A stretch of DNA of 34,822 nucleotides from an uncultured Actinomycetes bacterium (lineage in GTDB: Bacteria; Actinomycetota; Thermoleophilia; UBA2241). The notes beneath the pieces were generated by a model that was not told the DNA's origin, did not search any database, and saw nothing but the letters and a program-made list of their open reading frames with translations. How positions within the stretch are numbered: position 1 is the first letter of the stretch; each line of letters opens with the position of its first letter. Below, in pieces: positions 19,763 through 28,352 of this stretch. The stretch lies in contig CAVWIH010000003.1 in assembly GCA_963755025.1 (NCBI GenBank), positions 1 to 34,822 on the forward strand, read 5' to 3'. The position numbers were made by a program, and so were the translations under genes.

Positions 19763-19822
19763 AAATCTATCGGCGCGTCGCTGGCTCGGCTTTAGCGCTT
19801 TCCGTCAGAAGTGTTGAGTAAT

Positions 19823-19900
19823 CTAGTGAATCTTGCTGTTGCCGCCAGAGGCGACGAGCACCAAGACAATCGACGCCAAAGCGTTTTCGACCTTTTTCAC
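19823..19900 (-). CDS. Small 25-aa peptide MKKVENALASIVLVLVASGGNSKIH (not in ORF track)
   Basis: GTG start with AGAAGGAAAG RBS 6 nt upstream; basic N-terminus, hydrophobic core, polar tail; co-oriented directly upstream of HD-GYP. Confidence 0.7.
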   Translation of the reverse strand: MKKVENALASIVLVLVASGGNSKIH

Positions 19901-19976
19901 TTGAATCTTTCCTTCTTCGAAGAAACTAGTGGAGCTTGGTCATCGTGACGATCATCAGGACCCCCTAAAGTTCTAG

Positions 19977-20005
19977 GTCAACCATGCCGATAACTTAAGG
20001 TTGAC
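19977..20005. promoter_or_regulatory. Second BirA-operator-like palindrome
   Basis: GTCAACC-N15-GGTTGAC; same core and spacing as GTCAACT-N15-AGTTGAC at 17754-17782. Confidence 0.55.
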
Positions 20006-20154
20006 GATTGCTGTGGTCTGGATGGTATACACAGGCTCGTAGCCTGCGCAAGCCCTCGTCCGTCAACCTGCCGGAATCGGAATGGCCTTGCTTTGCCTAG
20101 ACTGACAACGCTTTCGCGCCAAAAAGCCTCGTGTATGAGCGGGAGGAGCCCGGG

Positions 20155-21390
20155 GTGACGACCATCAGCGAGACCGCTCCAGCCCGTCCGCTCGCGCGCA
20201 ACACCAACTTTCTGCTCCTGGTGGGCGGACAGTTCATCTCGCAGATGGGCGACCGCCTCGCCATGGTCGCGTTTCCCTGGCTCGTCTACACGACGACCCA
20301 TTCGGCGCTCTCTACGGGTGTGGTCCTCGCGCTGTTCACGCTCCCGTACGTGCTGTTTGGGGCCGTGGCCGGTGGCGTGCTCGATCGCCTCGACAGGCGG
20401 GGCGTGATGGTGGCGGCCGACATTGTGCGCGGCGGGCTGGTGCTGGCCGTGCCGTTCGTCGCGCAGCACTCCACGGCGGGCGTGTTCGCGCTCGCGTTCC
20501 TCACGTCGTGCGCGACTGTCTTCTTCGACCCCGGCCTGATGACGCTCCTTCCGGAGATCGTGCCGGACGACGGTCTGCTGCGCGCCAACTCGGTGCTCGA
20601 CGCGAGCTCGCACGTCACCGAGATCGTGGGCTACGCAGCCGCGGGGTTCATCGTCTACTACCTCGCCACCCGCACGACGTTCACCGTGGACGCCGCCACG
20701 TTCGCCGTGTCTGCCGTGACGCTGCTGGCCATGACGCTCAAAGGCGGCGGGTCGACAGCCGACGGCGATGACGTCGACGGTGCCCTGCCGCGGCTCGGCT
20801 TCTGGCGAGAGACCCGCGAGGGGTTCTCGTACCTGCGTCGCCACGCCGGTCTGCGCGCCAACACCATCGTTGCCGTGGCGGCGGTGGCCGGCGTCGGCGC
20901 CTTCTACCCCTTGACGTTCCTTCTTGCGGCCGAGCGGTTCCACGGCGCGCGCACCTTCGGCTTCATGGAGGCCGCCATCGCGGTCGGCTACCTCGGCGGC
21001 TCTCTCGCGATGGCCGCCGTGGGCAAGCGCGTGCGCAAGGGCCTCGCCATGACGATCGGGCTGATGGTCATGGGCGGTTGTTACACCGTGCCGTGGGTCG
21101 TCCACTCCCTGCCGCTCGTTCTGGCCGACTTCGTGGTGCTCGGCGCCGCCAACGCGGCGGCGCTCATCTCGATCGACACCTACGTGCAGAGCGTGGTGCC
21201 CAAGGCGCTGCGGGGGCGCGTGTGGGGCACCAGGTTCACTCTCACGCAGGGCGTCTATGCCCTGGGCGTGCTCGTGGCTGGGGCGCTCGCGACCACGCTC
21301 GGCCTTGGGCCGCTCTTTGGGTTGTGCGGCCTGATCGTGTTCGTGCCGGCCCTCGTCGGCTTGTTCGTGCCTGTGGTGCGCGACATCTAA
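20155..21390 (+). CDS. MFS transporter (DHA3/macrolide-efflux-like)
   Basis: RNTNFLLLVGGQFISQMGD, GGVLDRLDRRGVM motif A, LRGRV; GGAGG RBS before GTG 20155. Confidence 0.88.
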   Translation: MTTISETAPARPLARNTNFLLLVGGQFISQMGDRLAMVAFPWLVYTTTHSALSTGVVLALFTLPYVLFGAVAGGVLDRLDRRGVMVAADIVRGGLVLAVPFVAQHSTAGVFALAFLTSCATVFFDPGLMTLLPEIVPDDGLLRANSVLDASSHVTEIVGYAAAGFIVYYLATRTTFTVDAATFAVSAVTLLAMTLKGGGSTADGDDVDGALPRLGFWRETREGFSYLRRHAGLRANTIVAVAAVAGVGAFYPLTFLLAAERFHGARTFGFMEAAIAVGYLGGSLAMAAVGKRVRKGLAMTIGLMVMGGCYTVPWVVHSLPLVLADFVVLGAANAAALISIDTYVQSVVPKALRGRVWGTRFTLTQGVYALGVLVAGALATTLGLGPLFGLCGLIVFVPALVGLFVPVVRDI

Positions 21391-21512
21391 GACGACGCGC
21401 TCGCCGCCGCGTCGCCCCGCGGCCGTCCCCGCGCCGCGCTGCACGGCCGCCGCCGGGTCGCACTCGGATCCCGGCCGCCCAGCTGTGAGGCCATCCTCAC
21501 CCTCGTGGTAGC

Positions 21513-22507
21513 CTAGATGATTGATTCCACGCCCACAGCCTCAGGCGCAGTAGTCGACCAGGGCGCGGCTCGGCCGTCCCAGCCGGTGGTTGAGGCTGAT
21601 GCAGACCGCCAGGCAGCAGAAGCGTTGCAGGATACGCTCGCGTAGCCCCGCCATGGTGCGTGCCCCGTGGCGCTCCAGGGTGAGCAGATCCTTGGCCGTC
21701 CAGAAGATCGACTCGATGCGCTGGCGGATGGGCGCCAGGTACGGGCCGGCTGCGGTCTCGTCCTTGCGCGCAGGTCGCACCACAGCGACGCCGCGCTCGG
21801 CGGCCCCGCGAGCGAACTCGCGCCCGGCGTAGCCCTTGTCGCACAGAAGGACCTCACCGCCGCGCGCCGCGCGTCGCAGCAGCTCGAGGGCCACCTCGCG
21901 TTCGCCGCGGGCGGGATCGGCGAGCGTAAAGGCCCGCGGGGTACCATCGGGAGCCACCAGCAGGTGGAGGCGAAAGCCCCAGAACCAGCGCGAGTGGGCG
22001 GCACAGTAGCCGTAGCCGGCGGCCTCGCCAAGCGCTGAGCGCTTGGCCGTCTCGCGGCTGGCGGCGCAGGGCAGCGGGGTCGAGTCGCACAGCAGAAGGT
22101 CGTCCGTAAAGCCCGGGCTTTTGCTGGCGAAGACGCCCGTGAGCCACTCGATCGTGTCGGCCAGACGGCGGCGGCGTTTGTGATAGCCGGCCTGGCGAGG
22201 CACGTCGGGGAACAGATGGACGAGGCGCTTGCGGGCCGTCGCCAGGAAGCGCCGGTCGGATGGGATCCCCATGATCGCCTGGGCCACGCAGAGGGTGACG
22301 ACCTCGGCGTCGCTCACGCGGCGGCGGGCGTTACGCCGTGCCTCTGGCAGAAGATCGTCGGCTGTGCAATAAACCACGGTGCAGAGAGTGTCGAGGTCGG
22401 CGTCCATCGTGGCCTCCGGGCAGACGGTGACTTAGGGCACCGTCGGCTTCGGCCTCTCTGCTTCTCTTTCCTTGCCTGAGGCGAATCTCGTGGAATCAAT
22501 CATCTAG
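21513..22507 (-). mobile_element. Complete IS982-family insertion sequence
   Basis: Terminal inverted repeats CTAGATGATTGATTCCACG / CGTGGAATCAATCATCTAG, extended inward by GCCTCAGGC/GCCTGAGGC; CTAG at both ends; one transposase. Confidence 0.88.
21541..22407 (-). CDS. IS982-family DDE transposase
   Basis: SDAEVVTL, CDSTP, GYGYCAAHSRWFWGFRLHL, CDKGY, RQRIES. Confidence 0.9.
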   Translation of the reverse strand: MDADLDTLCTVVYCTADDLLPEARRNARRRVSDAEVVTLCVAQAIMGIPSDRRFLATARKRLVHLFPDVPRQAGYHKRRRRLADTIEWLTGVFASKSPGFTDDLLLCDSTPLPCAASRETAKRSALGEAAGYGYCAAHSRWFWGFRLHLLVAPDGTPRAFTLADPARGEREVALELLRRAARGGEVLLCDKGYAGREFARGAAERGVAVVRPARKDETAAGPYLAPIRQRIESIFWTAKDLLTLERHGARTMAGLRERILQRFCCLAVCISLNHRLGRPSRALVDYCA

Positions 22508-22563
22508 GCGCGACCGAGGGGGCGCGCGACGGCGCAAGAGCCCGCGCGCGAGGGAAGGACACC

Positions 22564-23877
22564 GTGACCACGCCAGCCGACACCGGCCAGACGCCGGCGC
22601 TGCGCCAGACCGACTGGACTCAGCTCGCGCTGGTCTGTTTTGCCTCGTTCGTGGTGTGGTCGGGCTTCGGCGCCATCCTGCCCTACCTGCCGGTCTTCCT
22701 GCACGAGCAGGCGCACGCACCGGTGTGGATGATCGGCGTCATCGCCTCCATGTACTACGCCGGCACGTTCCTGTGCTCGTCGCCGCTCGGCCGCCTGAGC
22801 GACCGCGTAGGTCGCAAGCCCGTCGTGGTCAGCGGCGTGTTCCTCTACGCGCTCGCCACCCTGCTGTTCGTGACCACCACGAACGCGTGGTGGTTCCTGC
22901 TGTTCCGCCTGTGCGAGGGAGTCGGCGCGGCCTCAGTGGGGCCGGCGGGCAGCGCGTTCATCGCCGACATCAGCAACGACGAGACCCGCGGGCGCGCCTA
23001 CGGCCTGTTCACGAGCGCGCAGTTCGGCGGCCTCGTCGCCGGGCCGCCGCTCGCCATCCTGCTGAACACGCTGGGCGGCGGCGGCAAGCACGGTTTCTAC
23101 GCGATCTTCCTGGCGGGCAGCGCCATGACGCTGGCCATGGGCATCATGCTCGCCGTGTTCCTGAAGGAGCCCGCGCACGTCGCGGCGCGCCGCAAGGAGC
23201 GCGTCGTGCGACCGAGCTACCGCTCGCTGGCCACGCCCTCGGTGGTCGCCTTTCTCGTGGTCGCCGCCACGAGCCACTTCGCCATGGGCGGCTGGGAGGT
23301 GCTCTGGAGCCTGTGGTTGCGCCACCTCGGCGCCTCGATGGCCTACGTGAGCCTCACCTGGATGGCCTTCTCGGTGCCCATGATGTTCTCGTTCGTCGGC
23401 GGCATGCTGGCTGAGAAGGGCAACCGCTTTCGGCTGATGTTCGCGGGCTACACCTTCTCGGCGTGCTCGTGGATCGTCTACGGCTTCACGCGCAACCTCA
23501 CAGTCTTTCTGCTCTTCAACGTGCTCGAGGGCATCGCCGTGGCTATCTCGATGCCGGCCAAGCAGGCCTTCCTTGTGCAGTGCAGCCCGCGGCGCTGGCT
23601 GGGCACGGTGCAGGGCATGGAACAGACCTCGATGCAGCTCGCCGCCCTGGTGGGCACGCTCACCGCCCCCGTGCTGTTCACGTGGATCAGCGGCTACGCG
23701 ATCGGCGTGGGCGGCTTTCTGGCCCTCGGCGGCCTCGCCGCCGCGGCGCCGGTCCTGGGGCGCAAGTGGACGCAGATCGCGGCGCAGGGCGAGGCGCTCA
23801 GCCTCGCAGAGGCGGAGCGCCTCGCCTCGGCGCCGGCCGGCGGCGCCTTCGACGACGAGCGTTCGCCGGCCGGATAG
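22564..23877 (+). CDS. MFS transporter (DHA1/TetA-like)
   Basis: GRLSDRVGRKP motif A, RGRAYG, GLVAGP; about 12 TM helices. Confidence 0.9.
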   Translation: MTTPADTGQTPALRQTDWTQLALVCFASFVVWSGFGAILPYLPVFLHEQAHAPVWMIGVIASMYYAGTFLCSSPLGRLSDRVGRKPVVVSGVFLYALATLLFVTTTNAWWFLLFRLCEGVGAASVGPAGSAFIADISNDETRGRAYGLFTSAQFGGLVAGPPLAILLNTLGGGGKHGFYAIFLAGSAMTLAMGIMLAVFLKEPAHVAARRKERVVRPSYRSLATPSVVAFLVVAATSHFAMGGWEVLWSLWLRHLGASMAYVSLTWMAFSVPMMFSFVGGMLAEKGNRFRLMFAGYTFSACSWIVYGFTRNLTVFLLFNVLEGIAVAISMPAKQAFLVQCSPRRWLGTVQGMEQTSMQLAALVGTLTAPVLFTWISGYAIGVGGFLALGGLAAAAPVLGRKWTQIAAQGEALSLAEAERLASAPAGGAFDDERSPAG

Positions 23878-23973
23878 GCGCCCACCGAAGGTCCGCGCTC
23901 AAGTCGATTGAAGGATGGCCGATGTCGAGGTAACCTAGGTCGAACCCGGTCATCAAGCAGCTCGGCGGGTGTG

Positions 23974-24567
23974 ATGTTCAAGAGACTCCGTCCAGAAAGC
24001 GGCGCTCGCCGCACGATCATCGACTACGGCCTGACGGCCGTCATCGCGATCGCCCTCGCCATCGTCGTGCAGTCGTTCGTGGTCAAGCCCTACCTCATTC
24101 CGTCGACCTCGATGGCCAACACGCTGGTGCCCGGGCAGCGGGTGCTGGTCGACCGCATGGTCTATCGGTACCGCTCGGTCCACCGCGGCGACATCATCGT
24201 CTTCCGTCGCCCGCGGCCGCCCTACGACGTGCTCATCAAGCGCGTGGTCGGGCTGCCCGGCGACCTGCTGTCCGTGCACGGCGGTCACCTGTACATCAAC
24301 GGCGTGCGCGCCAACGATTCCTTCGTCGACAAGGTCAACGGCGTCACCGAACCCACCGACCCCGCCGACCCCTACGCCAGCACCTACCCCGATGCGCCGT
24401 GGTCGCTGGCGCAGCCCTTCCGCGTGCCCGCCGGCAACTACTTCGTGATGGGCGACAACCGCACCGACTCGGCCGACAGCCGCTACTGGGGGACCGTGCC
24501 GCGCCACGCCATCATCGGGCGCGCCTTCTTCACCTACTGGCCGCTGGGTCGTCTGGGCGACCTGTAG
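23974..24567 (+). CDS. lepB: Signal peptidase I
   Basis: IPSTSM (Ser), RGDIIVF, IKRVVGLPGD (Lys), MGDNRTDSADSRYWG; start approximate. Confidence 0.93.
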   Translation: MFKRLRPESGARRTIIDYGLTAVIAIALAIVVQSFVVKPYLIPSTSMANTLVPGQRVLVDRMVYRYRSVHRGDIIVFRRPRPPYDVLIKRVVGLPGDLLSVHGGHLYINGVRANDSFVDKVNGVTEPTDPADPYASTYPDAPWSLAQPFRVPAGNYFVMGDNRTDSADSRYWGTVPRHAIIGRAFFTYWPLGRLGDL

Positions 24568-24715
24568 TCCGCACCGTTCTGGGCGACCTGCAGCCGGTCT
24601 TAGGCGACCCGTAGTCCCTACCGCTCAGGCTCGGCGGACAAGCGCGCAGGCGCGCCTCAGCTCGCAGTGCCCCAAGGCTTGAGACGAGGAGGGGCGGTTC
24701 GCCCCAACACCGAAC

Positions 24716-24750
24716 GAGGAGGGGGCGGCCCGCAGGGCCGCCCCCTCCTC
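24716..24750. terminator. Perfect 16-bp hairpin between convergent lepB and permease genes
   Basis: GAGGAGGGGGCGGCCC-GCA-GGGCCGCCCCCTCCTC. Confidence 0.7.
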
Positions 24751-24854
24751 TTGTTCCATCTGCCGACCGCCGCGCCTCTGTTCGTGCTGCTTGCGGTCGG
24801 AATGCTCGTGTCGCCGAAGCGTCGAAGCCTCGTGGACCTGACTCTAAGGCCCCC

Positions 24855-26462
24855 TCAGGCCGCTCGCCCGGGTGGCCGCAGCTCGGTCGTCGTGGCGACG
24901 GGCACCGCCGCCGCTTCGGCCTGCTCGGGCCGCGACTCGTCGTACCACGGCACCATGGCGTCGACGGTCTCCATCTTGCGAGCGAAGAACGGCCGCGAGC
25001 GCTTGGAGAACAGCCAGAAGGCGAGCATGCCCACGATGCCGGCGACCAGGAAGACCGCTCCCAGGATGAAGGGTGGCCCGACGCCGAACCACGAGGTGCC
25101 CGACGCCGAGTTGGCCGGGTACCAGAGGCTGTCGAACGACGCGGCGAGCACCCAGGTCAGGATGGCCGCGCCGGCCAGCGGAAAGACGAGCAGCATCAGC
25201 ACGCTCTTCCAGCTCTCGAACAGGTGATGGCGATAGAACAGCGGCACGGCGTAGCCGTTGATGCCGTAGTAGAAGGCGATGGTGATGCCCAGGGCGGCGA
25301 TCGAGTCGGCCAGCACGTTCTGGCTGAGCAGGGTCAGCCCCACGTACCACACGATCGAGGCGATGCCGTAGATGATCGTGCCCCAGACCGGCGTCTGGAA
25401 GCGCGGGTTGACCTTCGCCCAGACCGACGGGATGGCGCGATGCGAAGCCATCGACAGGGTGGTGCGGGCGCCCGGCAGGATGGTGGTGAGCGTCGAGGCC
25501 GTGGCCGAGGTCAGCACGACCGCGATCAGCAGCTTGTCGAGGCCCGAGCCCAGCACGGCGTTGCCCAGGGGACTCAGCACGTCGGCTGAGTTGTTGCCCA
25601 GGAAGGCGGGGCCGTGGAAGGCCTGCGCCGCGGTGGTCGCCAGCACGTAGATGAACACCAGGGCGACCGTGCTGAGGATGGCGGCGATGCCCGGCACGAT
25701 CGATTTGTTCGAGGTCTCCTCGTTGACCGAGACCGCGGTGTCCCAGCCCCAGTAGATGAAGAGGGCGAGCAGCACGCCGCCGGCGAGCGCCCCCAGGTTC
25801 ATGTTGGGCACGAACCAGGAGACCGCCGGGTGGATGGAGCCGGCCGGATGTGAGGTGTAGACCTTGGTGAGCGCGACCACCGAGAAGATGACCAGCATGA
25901 GGTACTCGAAGCCCAGCAGGAACCACTGCAGCCGGGCCGACACCTCGATGCCGATCGCCGTGATCGCGCACATGAGCACGAGGAAGGCGACGCCGATGAC
26001 CGTCACCCAGAACAGCGAGTTGGCCAGGCTGTTGGCGCCGATCAGCAAGAAGAAGTAGGTGCCGGTGATCTGCGCCAGGCTGGCCATGACGATGACGTCG
26101 GCGGCGACCATGACCCAGCCGGTCACCCAGCCGGTGCGCGGACCGATGGCTCTGGTCACCCAGCTGAAGGTCGTGCCGCAGTCGGGATCGGCCTTGTTCA
26201 GGTAGTAGTAGGAGCTGGCGATGAGGATCATCGGGACGAACGAGATCAGCATGATCGCCGGAGACTTGAGGCCGACCCCGGCCACCACGACCACCAGGCC
26301 CAGGGTCACGGCCAGGCTGTAGGCCGGGGCCGTCGAGGCGATCCCGATGACGACGCTCGACAGCATGCCTACGGCGTTGGTCTTGAGGCCCTTGGCGTCG
26401 TCGGTCGCCTTCAGCGTCTCGTCGCGTTTGGGTTCGGGAAGTGGTACCACTGCACCTTCCAC
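24855..26462 (-). CDS. APC family amino acid/polyamine permease
   Basis: GIASTAPAYS, PDCGTTFSW, YWGWDTAVSVNEE, VNPRFQTP; about 12 TM helices. Confidence 0.9.
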   Translation of the reverse strand: MEGAVVPLPEPKRDETLKATDDAKGLKTNAVGMLSSVVIGIASTAPAYSLAVTLGLVVVVAGVGLKSPAIMLISFVPMILIASSYYYLNKADPDCGTTFSWVTRAIGPRTGWVTGWVMVAADVIVMASLAQITGTYFFLLIGANSLANSLFWVTVIGVAFLVLMCAITAIGIEVSARLQWFLLGFEYLMLVIFSVVALTKVYTSHPAGSIHPAVSWFVPNMNLGALAGGVLLALFIYWGWDTAVSVNEETSNKSIVPGIAAILSTVALVFIYVLATTAAQAFHGPAFLGNNSADVLSPLGNAVLGSGLDKLLIAVVLTSATASTLTTILPGARTTLSMASHRAIPSVWAKVNPRFQTPVWGTIIYGIASIVWYVGLTLLSQNVLADSIAALGITIAFYYGINGYAVPLFYRHHLFESWKSVLMLLVFPLAGAAILTWVLAASFDSLWYPANSASGTSWFGVGPPFILGAVFLVAGIVGMLAFWLFSKRSRPFFARKMETVDAMVPWYDESRPEQAEAAAVPVATTTELRPPGRAA

Positions 26463-26642
26463 GTGCCCTCCTTCCGAAAGCCAGGCGGAGGGCGGAAGGC
26501 CATCCGCCGCGGTACAAGGGCCCCCCGGTCATCAACAGGCCGAGGCGGCTAACGCAGGGATTCCCCTTTGGCCGTAGTGGTAAAACGGGTTGGCTTGCCG
26601 GCCGATGCGAGCCGGGCGCGAACGACGGGGCGAGCCGAGGGC

Positions 26643-27702
26643 TCAGGCCTGCGGGTAGCGCCGCACCTCGCCGTAGAGGGTGTCGCGCTGGACCGGCGTG
26701 AAGCCGGCGGCGGCGATCAGGCGCACGAGCTCTTCGACCGTGACCGCGTGGCTCACGCCCGCGGCGCGCACCACGTTCTCCTCGATCATGGTCGAGCCCA
26801 TGTCGTTGGCCCCGAACGACAGCGCGACCTGGCCCATGCGCAGTCCCTGGGTGACCCACGACGCCTGCACGTTGGGCACGTTGTCGAGGTAGACCCGGCT
26901 GACCGCCAGCAGACGCAGGTAGTCGCTGCCCGTGGCGCCGGGCCGGCCGTCGTCGAGCGCCGTGTTGCCCGCCGCGAAGGTCCAGGGGATGAATGCCGTA
27001 AAACCGCCGGTCTCGTCTTGCAGCTCGCGGATGCGGCGCAGGTGCTCGATGCGTTCGGCGGGCGTGTCGACTGAGCCGAACATCATGGTCGCCGTGCTCT
27101 TCATGCCGAGCGCGTGCGCCTCGCGCATGACCTGCAGCCAGGTCGCCGTGGGGATCTTGTGGGGGCTGATGGCGCTGCGCACGCGGTCGACCAGCACCTC
27201 GGCGCCGCCGCCCGGCAGCGAGTCGAGGCCCGCCGCGCGCAGCCGGCGCAGCGTCTCGGTGACCGTCGAGGCCGCTGCGGCTCGCGATGTGGGCGACTTC
27301 GGGCGGCGAGAGCGAGTGGATGTGGATCGGGTAGCGCGCCTTGATGTCGGCGAAGACCTGCTCGAACCAGCAGATGTCGAGGTCGGGCGACAGGCCGCCC
27401 TGCATCATGATGGCGGTGCCGCCGAGCGCGAGGGTCTCCTCGATCTTGCGGAAGATCTCGTCGCGAGTGAGCAGGTAGCCCGCCCCGCTGCCCGGCTCCT
27501 TGTAGAAGGCGCAGAAGCGGCAGCCCGAGATGCAGTAGTCGGTGTAGTTGATGTTGCGGTCGACCACGAAGGTGACGTCGCTAGCCGGGTGGAGGCGGCG
27601 CCGGACTTCGTCGGCCGCCGCCCCGAGCTCGAGCAGGTCGCCGCCCTCGAGCAGCGCCAGCGCGGCGGCGTCGGTGAGCCGTTGCGCCGCCACGTCAGGC
27701 AC
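26643..27702 (-). CDS. mqnC: Cyclic dehypoxanthine futalosine synthase (radical SAM); frameshift near 27268
   Basis: DRNINYTDYCISGCRFCAF, MQGG, GGGAE, TATMMFG, QASWVTQG, FGANDMGS, QRDTLY. Confidence 0.9.
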
Positions 27703-28352
27703 GCTCGTCGGAGGGCGCGGTCGCAGGCGACGCCGCGCGCGACGCGGCGGTGGCGGGCGCGCCTGCGGCGGGCGACGCGGCGGCGGCGGCGAGGCGACGC
27801 GGCGGCGGCGGGCGACGCGGCGGCGGGCGCGTCCGCCGCGAGTCGCGTCGAGGGAGCGCCCGGCTCGTCGAGGCGCAGCTCGAAGTGCACGACGGCGCCC
27901 TCCGGCACGCTGGGCTCGCCAAAAGCCGGCAGGCCGTCGACCTCGAGCTCGCCGGGCAGCAGCACAAAGCCGAGGCGCTGGTGAAAGGCGAGGGAGTCAT
28001 GGTTGACGACCGAGGTCACGGCCCGCACGCGGCTGCGCCCGGCGGCCCGGGCCGCGTCGCTGAAGCGTCCGTAGAGGTCGCGAGCCAGGCCCACGCGCCG
28101 CCAGGCCGGGTCGACCCCGACGAAGTGCACGTAGGCCTCGTCGTCGTGCGTCGGGCACAGAAAGCCGACCAGAAAGGCGACGGGCCGCTGTTCGTACTCG
28201 GCCACGAACGACGTGTCGCGGAAGTGCTCGAAGAAGACGCGCGGCAGCATGGCGCGCAGGTCGCGCCCGCCCCACCACACCGGCATGGCGTCGGTCACGG
28301 ACTGCCAGTCGCGCGGCTGTGCGTGCCTGACGGTCAGGCCGCAGCAGGTCAT
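27695..28352 (-). CDS. GNAT acetyltransferase inside the mqn operon; Ala-rich tail with probable frameshift
   Basis: WWGGRDLRAMLPRVFFEHF, AYVHFVGVDPAWRRVGLARDLY, NHDSLAFHQRLGF; ATGA overlap with the mqnA stop. Confidence 0.8.

Noticed and set aside
24844-27702. 952-aa ORF suggesting an MqnC fusion
   Set aside because: Only the first ~145 aa are MqnC; the rest is off-frame read-through after the 27268 indel
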